A stretch of DNA of 60,313 nucleotides, the filler included, from Squatina squatina (Eukaryota): the NCBI GenBank assembly GCA_031763465.1. It is 3 parts of 3 records of this genome, joined end to end, with 100 filler letters (N's around TTAATTAATTAA, not from the genome) between each part and the next. Parts side by side here need not be neighbours in the genome. Positions count along the whole stretch, not along the records: positions 1 to 18,515 come from JARFOE010000042.1; 2 more parts are not named here. One strand, written 5' to 3'. A program made the translations under genes and the position numbers. The notes under the pieces are model-generated. The model worked only from the letters and a program-made list of their open reading frames with translations. It did no database searches and was not told the origin of the DNA. Below are positions 1 to 10,613 of this stretch, piece after piece (the stretch's first letter is position 1; every line of letters starts with the position of its first letter).

Positions 1-345
1 ATGGAGGTTTTCAAGTTGAGTAAGTGAACTGGACTCTAATATAAGTTGCTTAACATAACTAGAAACTCCTTAACCAGGGGATGGACTCCAGCTCAGGAGA
101 GGCAGAGTGAATAAATGGTTTAGATTTAACTGATTCACGCAGCGGGTGGTGAATATGTGAGGCAAACTGCCCAGGGAGGCAGTGGAGGTGAGTGGTTTCA
201 GCAAATTCAAGTGGGAGTTGGTTAAGTTTCTTTTTAGCAAAGAAAACAATTGAGTACAAAAGGTAGAACACAGGGTGTTTCCTTTACAATCTGGAACAGG
301 ACACATTGGGCCACAATGATCTTTTTCCAGCTCTAAACATTCTTA
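1..345 (+). mobile_element. Decayed CR1 LINE 3' fragment
   Basis: Matches other CR1 3' ends in the window (atggaggttttcaag..., cagcgggtggtgaatatgtg...ctgcccagggaggcagtggagg, i.e. the FTQRVVN.WN.LP..AVEA region); heavily mutated. Confidence 0.6.
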
Positions 346-365
346 AAATGCTCTAGTGAATGGAG

Positions 366-612
366 TGAAATGTGAAGTTATCCACTTTGGTAGAAAGAAT
401 AGAAAAACAAAATATTATTTAAATGGAGAGAGACTGCAGAATGCTGTGGTACAGAGGGATCTCGTACATAATCACAAAAAGTTAGCATAAAGTTGCAGCA
501 GGTAATTGGGAAGGTAAATGGAACTTTATTGCAAGGGGGATGGGGTATAAAATTAGGGAAGTCTTGCTACATCTGTACAGGGCGCTGGCGAGACCACACC
601 TAGAGTACTACA
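366..612 (+). mobile_element. CR1 LINE ORF2 (RT C-terminal) fragment
   Basis: Translates to KCEVIHFGRKNRK...LNGERLQ... and EVLLHLYRALARPHLEY, typical CR1 ORF2; cut by the gap at 613. Confidence 0.85.
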
Positions 613-1364
613 NNNNNNNNNNNNNNNNNNNNNNNNNNNNNNNNNNNNNNNNNNNNNNNNNNNNNNNNNNNNNNNNNNNNNNNNNNNNNNNNNNNNNNNN
701 NNNNNNNNNNNNAAGTGAACTATTAAGCCAGGTAGTGATAGATCAAGATGTGATGTGGTAACTGCTGGCTTTACTTAGCATTTTCCAGCTTCTCATAGTA
801 CAACATTACAGTGAAAGATTTTTGTTTTGAAAAAGCAAAGACTGAAAGTAAACTGCAGCTAGTTTGCTATGTTGCAAAATCTTTTGATTTTCAAGATTGC
901 ATTGTGATTTTTGGAATCAATCAAAATGAAGAGTATACATTATTCTGTCAGTAATTTTATAGGGTGGAATGTATTTGGACAAATTAATTACAAAGTGACA
1001 GAATAAAATCATGCGTTATATTAGGGCTTTGTAATTTGTAGCATACAAGCTTAATTAACTTCTATTCCATCTTGCTGTTCTATGGATCAATGAAAGAATA
1101 CAGCCCAGGCAAGCAGCAAAACCAATGGAAAAATACAGGGTTGAAATCATGCTGTGTATTGCTTTGAATGAACATGTCTACATGTTCTATGAAATTCCTT
1201 TGTCTGCTACGTCAAGAAAGTCATAAATTGATTTATTTTAAATGAATTGAAATAGTGGAGAGAGCTGTTTCCTAAAAGCTACCTCTTGTGTTCTTCACTG
1301 ATATGATACAGCACTATTTCAACCTGCCAATATGTTCAGTGAAAGTACATGGTCATCTCTTTTG

Positions 1365-1978
1365 AAGGTTAATTTGAAGATTCATCAGCTGAGGGAGGGC
1401 GGCAGGTGATAATCAGCAGGAGGTTTCCTTTTGACCTGATGCCATGAGCCTTCATGGGGGCCAGAGTCAATGTTGTGGGCTCCGAGGCCACTCCTTCTCG
1501 ACTGTATACCACTGTGCTGCTACCCCCGGTGGCTTTGTCCTGCCGGTGGGATATGATATACCGAGGGATGGAGATGGAGGTGTCTGGGATGTTGGCTGAA
1601 AGGTATGATTCTGTGATTATGATTATGTCAGGCTGGTGTTTGACTGGTCTCCCAATTTTGACACAAGTCCAAGATGTTAGTGAGGAGAATTTTGGGTTAG
1701 GGTTAAGGTTAGGATTGGGCTGGGTGTGCCTGTGCCGTGTCCGAGTCTGGTGCCTAGTTCGATGCAGGATGGTCTGTCCAGTTTTATTCTTGCAGTTTTT
1801 CCTAGCAATTTGATACAACTCAGTGGCCATTTCAGAGGGCAGTTAAGAGTCAACCACATTGCTGTGGCTCTGGAGCCACATATAGGTCAGACTGGTTAAG
1901 GGTGACTGGTTTCCTTCCCTGAAGGACATTAGTAACCCAGATGGGTTCTTATGACAATCCGGTAGTTTTGTGGTCACC
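1365..1978 (-). mobile_element. 5' part of a second LINE family (CR1/Jockey-group, here 'LINE-B'): 5' region plus APE endonuclease N-terminus
   Basis: ORF 1369..1830(-) contains QPDIIIITESYL...HRQD..TGG..VVYSREG...LLLII.CRPPSADES (APE endonuclease motifs). 1810-1978 matches the body of the SINE at 17232-17610. Confidence 0.8.
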
Positions 1979-2089
1979 NNNNNNNNNNNNNNNNNNNNNN
2001 NNNNNNNNNNNNNNNNNNNNNNNNNNNNNNNNNNNNNNNNNNNNNNNNNNNNNNNNNNNNNNNNNNNNNNNNNNNNNNATGGAAATATC

Positions 2090-2542
2090 CAGATTGTAAC
2101 TCGCTGCATTAAAAAAAAACCCATCATTTTTTTGCCAATTACTTTAAATCTGTGGGCTCTGCATCGATCCTTCTGCCACTGGAAACAGTTTCTCCTTATT
2201 TACGCTATCAAAACCTTTCATGATGTTGAACACCTCTATTACATCTCCCTTTAATCTTCTCTGCTCTAATGAGAACAACCCCAGTTTCTCTTGTCTCTCC
2301 ACGTAACTGAAGTCCCACACCCTTGGTGCCACTCTAATAATCTCCTCTGCATGTTCTCCAAGACCTTGTTACCCTTCCTAAAGTGTGGTGCCCAGAATTG
2401 GACACAATCCTCCAGCTGAGGCCCAACCAGTAATTTATAAAGCTTTAGCATTACTTCCTTGCTTTTGTACTCCATGCCTCAATCTCTGAAGCCAAGGCTT
2501 TTTTAACAGCCTCCTCAACTGATCCTGCCACCTTCAAAGATT
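2090..2542 (-). mobile_element. CR1 LINE ORF2 3' fragment
   Basis: EYKSKEVMLKLYKLLVGPQLEDCVQFWAPHFRK and SYVERQEKLGLFSLEQRRLKGDVIEVFNIMKGFD in successive frames. Confidence 0.9.
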
Positions 2543-2574
2543 GCAGAGTATGGAATCTAGAATGGAGTTTTCTA

Positions 2575-2900
2575 GCCAGAGAAGCAGAATAAAATTCTGG
2601 TATGAGAAGCAGAAGGGGATGGTATAGTGTGCGAACAGAATGAAATGTTATAGTGTGCAAACAGAAAGGAACACTATGGTATGAGAACAGAATGGCATAA
2701 AATAGTGTTTCAGTAAGACGTTCAGAACTGAATGGTATCGTTAGGGCATCTGCACAGCTGTTCATTGGCAGCAGTCACTCCGATTTACAAAAGCATGTAA
2801 TAGAGGATTAGAATAAATTGTTATTGTAAGAGCAGTAGAATTGAGTGTTTTAGTAAGAAGCAGATTAGTTGTTATGGTAAGAGAAGGAGAATAGAGTATC
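2575..2900. repeat. Highly decayed ~28-30 bp tandem repeat
   Basis: Recurring GAAGCAGAA(T)...GGTA(T)GAGA / TATAGTGTGC.AACAGAA / GTAAGAG..G motifs at near-regular spacing. Confidence 0.45.
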
Positions 2901-3304
2901 ATATCTTCTTATTCATCATCNNNNNNNNNNNNNNNNNNNNNNNNNNNNNNNNNNNNNNNNNNNNNNNNNNNNNNNNNNNNNNNNNNNNNNNNNNNNNNNN
3001 NNNNNNNNNNNNNNNNNNNNCAATTCCCTGACTTAAAGGGACAGCTCTATTAGGGCGCTAAAATAACACCTATTGACCCCATATAGCCACCAGCTTTAAA
3101 AATGCCAATTGGGCGCCCTCCATCCCTTGTTTTACTCCCCTGCCTTTCTATATCTGCTGACTCTTGTTGGGGTTGATCCCATGGTCAATAGTAGCTTCTG
3201 AAACCTCATCCAAGCATCTGGTCTTTTTGTTCTGAAGTCCAGGGGCACTGAGTACAACTCTATTGCTCCAACAATTGCTGTGGTAAAGGTGAGCTAACGC
3301 ATCG

Positions 3305-3423
3305 AGATGAAGGCACATGGAATTAAAGAAAAGGTGGTCACATGGATAGAGAAATGATTGGAGGGCAGAAAGCAAAGGGTAGGGGTAAAAGGAAGGTTCT
3401 CAGACTGGAAAGATGTGGTGAGT
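3305..3423 (+). mobile_element. CR1 LINE RT fragment
   Basis: KAHGIKEKVVTWIEK*LEGRKQRVGVKGRFSDWKDVVS, the RT segment preceding the GVPQGS motif. Confidence 0.8.
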
Positions 3424-3930
3424 AACCTTGGTGTCATATTTGACCCCGAGCTGAGTGTCCAATCATATATCCGCACCATCATTAAGACCGCCTATTTCCA
3501 CCTCTGGAACATCACCCAACTCTGCCACTGCCTCATGCTCCACCCTTTGTAATCATGAGGTCATCCAAAACTCTACTGTCTGTGTCGTAACTAACACCAA
3601 AACCCAGTCACCCATTAATCCTGTGCTCGCTGACCTAAACTGATCCCCGGTTAAGCAACACCTTGATTTTAATATTCTCAGCCTTGTTTTCAAATCCTTC
3701 CATAGCCACACTCCTCCCTGTCTCTGTAACCTCCTCCACAACCCTCTGAGGTGTCTGCGCTCCTCCAATTCCGGCCTCTTATGCATCCCTGATTTTAATC
3801 GCTCCACCATTGGCACCTGTGCCTTCAGCTGCCTAGGCCCGAAGCTCTGGAATTCTCTTCTCCTCCCTACCTCTCTCTCCTCCTTTTAAGATGCTCCTTA
3901 AAACCTACCTCATCTGTCCTAATATCTCCT
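3424..3930 (+). mobile_element. L2 LINE 3' fragment
   Basis: NLGVIFDPELS...IIKTAYFHLWNI, then SPINPVLADLN*.PVKQHLDFNIL and ccttcagctgcctaggcccgaagctctggaattc...gctccttaaaacctacctc, all typical of the L2 C-terminus. Confidence 0.85.
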
Positions 3931-4030
3931 NNNNNNNNNNNNNNNNNNNNNNNNNNNNNNNNNNNNNNNNNNNNNNNNNNNNNNNNNNNNNNNNNNNNNN
4001 NNNNNNNNNNNNNNNNNNNNNNNNNNNNNN

Positions 4031-4615
4031 TACTGCAGTTACACAGGGCCTTAGTGAGACCACACCTGGAGGATTGTGTACTGTTTTGGTCTCCTTACCT
4101 AAGAAAGGTTATAATTGCCATAGAGGGAGTGCAGTGAAGGTTCACCAGACTGATTCCAGGGATGGCAGTACTTTCGCATGAGGAGAGATTGGGTCAACCA
4201 GGCCTTTATTCACCAGAGTTTAGAAGACTGAGAGGGGATCTCATTGAAACATATAAAATTCTGACAGGGCTTGACAGACTAGATGCAGGGAGGATGTTCC
4301 CGATGGCTGGGGACTCCAGACCCAGGGGTCACAGAATACGGGTTAGGCCATTTAGGACTGAGATGAGGAGAAATTACTTCACTCAGAGGGTGGTGAAACT
4401 GTGGAACTCCCTACCACACAAGGTAATGGAAGCCAAGTCATTAAATATATTCAAACAAGGAGATAGATATATTTCTTAATGCTAAAGTGATCAAGGGATG
4501 TGGGGAGAAAGCAGGAACAGGGCACTGAATTAGCTGATCAGCCATGATCATATTGAATGACGGAGCAGGCCCGAAGGGCCGAATGGCCTACTCCTGCTAC
4601 TATTTTATATGTTTC
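4031..4615 (+). mobile_element. CR1 LINE 3' end
   Basis: LSHEERLGQPGLYSPEFRRLRGDLIETYKILTGLDRLDAGRMFP...MRRNYFTQRVVKLWNSLP, followed by the 3' UTR ggccgaatggcctactcctgct. Confidence 0.9.
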
Positions 4616-4634
4616 TTTTTTTCAATATTTCTAT

Positions 4635-5395
4635 GTCCTGATGGACATAGCTGCCAGACTGGGCCTGCAGCAGGTGGTGAAGAAAACAACAGGAGGGAAA
4701 CCCTACTTGCCCGCGTCCTCACCAAACTACCTGTTGCATATGCAACTGTCCATGACATCTTTGGTGACAGTGACAACCACACAGTCATTGTGGAGACAAA
4801 GTCCCATCTTCATACTGAGGACATCCTCCATCGTGTTGTGTGGCATGGCCACTGTGCTAAATGGGATATATTCAGAACATATCTAGAAGCTCAAAACTGG
4901 ACATCCATTAGGCGCTGTGTGTCATCATCAGCAGCTGAATTTTATTCCACCACAGTCTGTAACCTCATATCGCAGCATATCGCTCACTCTACCACGATCA
5001 TCAAGCTAGGGGTTCAATAAAGATTATGGAATAACATGTCAGGAGCAGCACCAGGAATACCTAAGAATGAGGTGCCAACCTCGGGAAATTGCAACACAGG
5101 AGTACATGAATCCTAAATAGCAGAAGCAGCCCACTACAGATAGGGCTAAGTGTCCCCACTATCAATGGATTAGATCAAAGCTCTGCAGTCCTGCCACATA
5201 CAGTGGTGTAAGGAACAACTATTGGGAGGAGCAGGCGGCAAGAATATTTGAATCCTCAATGATGGCGGAGCCAAGCAAGCGAGTGCAAAAGACAAGGCTG
5301 AAGTGTTTGCAACCATCTTCAGCCAGCATGATCCATCTTGGCCACCTCCTGAGCTCCCCACCATCACAAAAGCCAGTTTTCAGCCAATTCGATTG
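4635..5395 (+). mobile_element. LINE-B ORF2 fragment (endonuclease C-terminus and linker)
   Basis: DIAARLGLQQVVK..., VLTKLPVA..TVHDIFGDSDNHTVIVETK (degenerate SDH motif), ...ILNDGGAKQASAKDKAEVFATIFSQ; frameshifted. Confidence 0.75.
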
Positions 5396-6456
5396 GAGAA
5401 AGGAGGTTCTTGCTGCTGTCTGGCAATCCTCCTGTATTTTACGCTTTAAAAATTGACAACAAGAGACAACAATCCTGGGAGCAAGCTCTTTGCTCAGGAG
5501 CCAGTCTGTTGTGAACACCATGAGTGGAGGCTGTGGCCTTGGCCAGCATTTGATGTTTGTGCTGTGACTGGGGCAGAACTTAAACACCTTTTGCATAAAA
5601 TGTCTCTTCCCTGACGACAGTGGGCAGTTTTGCATATTGTCTCACTCGATAACATGCAGGATTGCGTAATAATCCAGCAGAATGCAGAGAACTCAAGCAG
5701 GCAGTTCAGTTGAACTGCAGCAATGTGTTTCGAATCCTGAAAGTTATGATATATTTTGAAAGTATATTGCTCCCAGGTTTCCACGATGTAAACCTTTGGG
5801 TTCCCCCAAAATTTGACTGTTATCAACTTTCAAAAAGAACTCAAATGAACTGAGGCACTTGGGGGACAAATGATTTAAAGTGTATAGAACAGCTCATGTC
5901 AATGCTGCGTGCTTTAGCCAACAACGTAAAACTACCTCGCAAAGAGTTCTAAATTGGATCTGTCAGTTCGCTGCAAGCATTTAATGAAAAGGCACTTTCA
6001 TGAATACCAAAACAGGGGCTTTGAGGAAGACAGGGGCTTTATACAGTCCACATTAGGCTAAAAAGGTCACTTTACCTTGGCGACAAAGCATCTGATTTAC
6101 ACATTGTGAGTAATTCGAGGCTGGATGTCTCTCACTGTCCCTGTTATTAGTAAAAAAACTCTTGAAGTTTTAAAATAATGGAAAACACATTGAACTTTCT
6201 GAAGGAAGCAGGCAGCAGGCTAAAATGGATTTTGATAAGGCAAGGATGACAAGAAAATGATCAAGTAAAAAGGTGTGATGACTGAAGTGTGACTGACATT
6301 GATGTACATGATATGTAATATTTTTATAAATATAGGAAGGGATACATTAGTCAACTTATCCGGATTCTTCACACACTGCTGAGGTCCCTGCCATCAAAAA
6401 ATAACTAACAGAATATTACATCATTGTTCTACTTGATTGAATTCTAAATTTCAAGT

Positions 6457-6547
6457 CAGCTGTGGCTCATTTGGTAGCACTCTTGCCTCTGAGTCTGAAG
6501 GTTGTGAGTTCAAGTCCCACTCCAGAGACTTAAGCAGACAAACCTAG
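6457..6547 (+). mobile_element. tRNA-derived SINE 5' head (DeuSINE/SacSINE1-like)
   Basis: A box TGGCTCATTTGG (6463-6474) and B box GTTCAAGTCCC (6508-6518), continuing into actccagagact; a reverse-strand copy lies at 24926-24968; cut by a gap. Confidence 0.75.
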
Positions 6548-6647
6548 NNNNNNNNNNNNNNNNNNNNNNNNNNNNNNNNNNNNNNNNNNNNNNNNNNNNN
6601 NNNNNNNNNNNNNNNNNNNNNNNNNNNNNNNNNNNNNNNNNNNNNNN

Positions 6648-7211
6648 GACATGATCTCCTCCTCCTGGGCGTGGGCGAGGTCGTTGGTGGTGTTGCGCTG
6701 GGGGCTGAGCCGGCGGTGCAGCTCGTGCCGCTTGTCCCGCTTGTAGTAGAGCGCGGCGAAGGCCAGGATGTTCAGGAAGAGCAGGGAGGCCCCCACCGCC
6801 ACCGTGACGCTCAGCTCAGTCGAGTAGTCCCGCGAGTCCTCGGGCAGGCGAACATAGTTGGGGGGGTCGTCGGTGCGCTCCTGCTCGGGGGGCGAGGTGA
6901 TGAACGGCCGCTTGGTGGTGACGGTCCAGCCTTTGCCGTGGGCCCGCTTGGTCATGAAGGGGTCCTCTGGCGGGATCTTGGTGGTGGTCGACGTGTACCG
7001 CAAGCTGTCGCCAAGATTGTGCAGGTGCGGGACCAGCTCCAGCCAGAAGGCGACTTTGTTTGCCCGGTAGTGCTCACGGATTCTTGGCTTCAGGCCAATG
7101 TGGAGGTAGGGCTTCTCCTTGGAGTTGAACTTGGTCCAAGCCACCTCTTCAAAGCGGTTAGGTTTGGTGTGAATGAACTTTGTATCCTGAGGAACAGGCT
7201 TGTTGGGATCT
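6648..7211 (-). CDS. NLGN2: Neuroligin (NLGN2-like) last coding exon, partial: end of cholinesterase-like domain, stalk, TM helix and start of cytoplasmic tail
   Basis: Acceptor ttcttgcag|A GAT CCC at 7211 (phase 2, G|DPN). Peptide [43 protein letters not shown]...[18 protein letters not shown]...[37 protein letters not shown]...EEEIM. KFNSKEK, KVAFW and [15 protein letters not shown] favour NLGN2. The 3' end is lost in gap 6548-6647. Confidence 0.93.
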
Positions 7212-7304
7212 CTGCAAGAATAACAGAAAAGGTCAAACAACTTGCTTTCATATCGTGTCTTCAACGTAACCAAAATATCCCAAGGCCGCTTGACAGGAAC
7301 GATT

Positions 7305-7752
7305 ATCAAGCTAAGGAGGAGAGATTGAGTAGACTAGGTCTATATTCTCTATCTTCATTAGAAGGATGAGAGGAGATCTCATTGAAACATATAAAATTCT
7401 TATAGGGCTCGACAGGGTAGATGTTTCCCCTTGCAGGAGAGTCTAGAACCAGGGGTCACAGTCTCAGAATAAAGGGGTCAGCCATTTAGGACTGAGATGA
7501 GGAGAAATTTCTTCACTCAGAGGGTGGTGAATCTTTGGAATTCTCTACCCCAGAGGGCTGTGGAGGCTCAGTCGTTGAGTATATTCAAGAAAGAGATCGA
7601 TAGATTTTTGGATAATAAGGGAATCAAGAGATATGGGGATAGTGCAGGCAAGTGGATTTGAGGTAGAAGTTCAGCCATGATCTCATTGAACGGTGGAGCA
7701 GGCTCGAGGGGCCGAATGGCCTACTCCTGCTCCTATTTCTTATGTTCTTATG
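7305..7752 (+). mobile_element. CR1 LINE 3' end (antisense in neuroligin intron)
   Basis: [12 protein letters not shown]...RGDLIETYKIL...FRTEMRRNFFTQRVVNLWNSLPQRAVEA; tail cctactcctgctcctatttcttatgttcttatgt. Confidence 0.92.
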
Positions 7753-9249
7753 TCATTTTTCCTAAGTTCATATGTAATCCAATGGCTATTTTCCTCTGCG
7801 TACCTTGGCTATGGATGTTCAATGAATTTTCTACTTTAATTTTCACTCGCATTGTCTTAATCAGTCTGTCCATCGTGGTCATGCTAAGTCAAGGTAAAAC
7901 CAGTGTCTGGTGGTATGATGAGCCAGCCATGGATGGGAGGGAATGGACGTGCGAGGTGGCAGCCATGTTGCCGCCTATTTGCCAACTTCCAAAGAGGTGT
8001 TTTTCGGACTTGGGGAATCAGATTGAAAAGCTGAATTTACTGTTGTTCTCAATACTACTTGAGCCAAAAGTGCATAGCAGACTGAAGACCACCATGAGCC
8101 ATTATACTTGCCCAGAGTGGGAGCGTCCCCTTTGGTTTAGTCACAAAGGACACTGACCAGCCTGCAGCTCTGCATTATAGGCAGGAAGGCCCCAGGTTTA
8201 ACCCTTGGTCTGTGCTGATCTCAGTCAGATGGTGGAAGGGTGACATCATTGCCTTCAGTTCCCAGGGCTAGACAGACTGACTGGGCAAAGTCCCTGAGAC
8301 TCTGATAGCTCTCGTGTGACTCTGCTGCAAGTAGTGGCAGGACAGGAATCGGCAGGGTGTTGGCGTTCCTGGTTCTTACTGCAAGAAGGCCATTTTGCCA
8401 GGACCCAGAGGATCAGCAATTGTCGAGCTTGGTGAGCTGGAGGGAGCGGAGCCGTGCAACATGAGGAGAGAGGCACGGTGCAGGCTGTGGGTCGCAGTGC
8501 ACAGTAGAGAGCTCAGGTTGTCCCCGGCAGGCTGACTGTTTGTGCTTTCTCTCGAGCAGCAGCGGTATATGGAAGGTCGGCTTTGCCTCGCGGCTTCCAC
8601 TGTGATCTTCAACCAGGTGGGGAGCGTGTCCTCCGAATCTCCTGCAGAGGAAAGTAAGTTTGATTAGCTACTGATGGTTTCAGTGTCTCAGCAATCATGC
8701 GTGTCAGAANNNNNNNNNNNNNNNNNNNNNNNNNNNNNNNNNNNNNNNNNNNNNNNNNNNNNNNNNNNNNNNNNNNNNNNNNNNNNNNNNNNNNNNNNNN
8801 NNNNNNNNNTGGAAGACCTCCAGCCCACTTTGTTGAGGCCTGAGGCTCCAGAGGTTCTGCAAAGTGGCTGAATTCCTTGGGAAATGCCACGTGCAACCCA
8901 AAGACTTCAGCTGTGTGAGTAAAGGCCGACAGAGCCAATCTGAATAATAAATATGTGGAACTAGTCAGTGTCAGCGAGATGTTGACTCTCAGCAGCAGTG
9001 CCATTTCAGCACAGAAAAACGATTCAGAAACTGAAAAAAAGGAGCATTTTTCAAATTCTCCTATTACCCGAGATAGAAATGAGCAGAAAATCTCTTTCCC
9101 TGTTGCAGGAAGCTTTGAAAGGATCAAAAGATCTTTATTACTGAAATAAGTAATGCTAAAAATCTCATTGTGTTGATTTTTGTAATTCACAACGCTTCTC
9201 AGCTGACAAAAGTTGAGAGAATGGTGAGGGGGGTTTGTACTGAAGCTAA

Positions 9250-10165
9250 CTTAAGAAATTGGAGCGGGAGTAGGCCATTTAGCCCCCTCAAGCCTGCTCC
9301 GCCATCGTGGCTGATCTTCGACCTCAACTCCACTTCCCTGCACTATCCCCATATCCTCTGATTCCCTCAATATCCAAAAATCTATCGATCCCTGTCTTGA
9401 ATATACTCAACAACAGCCTCTGCACCCCTCTGGAATAGAGAATTCCAAAAATTCACCACCCTCTGAGTGAAGAAATTTCTCCTCATCTCAGTCCTAAATG
9501 GTCGGCCCCTTATTCTGAGACTGTGACCCCTGGTTCTAGACTCCCCCGACAGGGGAAACATCCTCCCTGCATTTACCACATCAAGCCATGTAAAAATTCT
9601 GAATGTTTCAATGAAATCACCTCTCAGTCTTCTAAACTCTAGAGAATATAGGCCGTCTATTCAATCTCTCCTCATACAACAATCCCCACATCCCAGGATC
9701 AGTCTGGTGAACCTTCATTGCACCCTCTCTATGGCAAGTAGTACATCCTTNNNNNNNNNNNNNNNNNNNNNNNNNNNNNNNNNNNNNNNNNNNNNNNNNN
9801 NNNNNNNNNNNNNNNNNNNNNNNNNNNNNNNNNNNNNNNNNNNNNNNNNNNNNNNNNNNNNNNNNNNNNNNNNNNNNNNNNNNNNNNNNNNNNNNNNNNN
9901 NNNNNNNNNNNNNNNNNNNNNNNNNNNNNNNNNNNNNNNNNNNNNNNNNNNNNNNNNNNNNNNNNNTCCCAATCTATCACCGTTCAGATAATAATCTGCC
10001 TTCCTGTTTTTAGAACCAAGGTGTATAACCTCACATTTATCCACACTATACTGCATCTGCCATGCATTTGCCCACTCACCCAACTTGTCTAAATCACAGT
10101 GGAGCCTCTTTGCATCCTCCTCACAGCTCACAATCCCCCCAGCTTTGTGTCGTCCTCAAACTTGG
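9250..10165 (-). mobile_element. CR1 LINE ORF2 3' half and 3' UTR (spans a 216-N gap)
   Basis: KLGGIVSCEEDAKRLHCDLDKLGEWANAWQMQYSVDKCEVIHLGSKNRKADYYLNGDRLG...KDVLLAIERVQ...FRTEMRRNFFTQRVVNFWNSL. Confidence 0.92.
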
Positions 10166-10179
10166 AAATGTTACATTAA

Positions 10180-10385
10180 ACATTCGCTGCATCAAAGAGT
10201 TTTTCCTCATGTCGCCTTTGGATCTTCTGCCAATCACCTTAAATCTGTGTCCTCTGGTTCTCGACCCTTCCTCCAATAGGAACCGTTTCTCTCCATCTAC
10301 TCTGTCCAGACCCCTCATCATTTTGAACACCTCGACCAAATCTCCTCTGTTCCAAGGAGAACAATCCCACGTAACTAAAGTCCCT
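10180..10385 (-). mobile_element. CR1 LINE fragment
   Basis: VEVFKMMRGLDRVDGEKRFLLEEGSRTRGHRFKVIGRRSKGDMRKNSLMQR. Confidence 0.85.
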
Positions 10386-10389
10386 CAAC

Positions 10390-10513
10390 TATAGAGGCTT
10401 AGAATACAAAAGCAAGGACATTATAATGAACCTTTATAAAACACTGAGTCAGCCTCAACTGGAGTATTGTGTCCAATCCTGGACACCACACTTTCGGAAG
10501 GATGTGAGGGCCT
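10390..10513 (+). mobile_element. CR1 LINE fragment
   Basis: RGLEYKSKDIIMNLYKTLSQPQLEYCVQSWTPHFRKDVRA. Confidence 0.85.
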
Positions 10514-10613
10514 NNNNNNNNNNNNNNNNNNNNNNNNNNNNNNNNNNNNNNNNNNNNNNNNNNNNNNNNNNNNNNNNNNNNNNNNNNNNNNNNNNNNNNN
10601 NNNNNNNNNNNNN

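Noticed and set aside
6457-6530. tRNA gene
   Set aside because: It has A and B boxes but no proper acceptor stem, continues into a SINE body, and a second copy occurs at 24926.
7212-7309. N-terminal extension [10 protein letters not shown]... of the neuroligin ORF
   Set aside because: Intronic read-through upstream of the acceptor at 7211.
6671-7369. 232-aa plus-strand ORF
   Set aside because: Antisense shadow of the GC3-rich neuroligin exon, ending in CR1 sequence.
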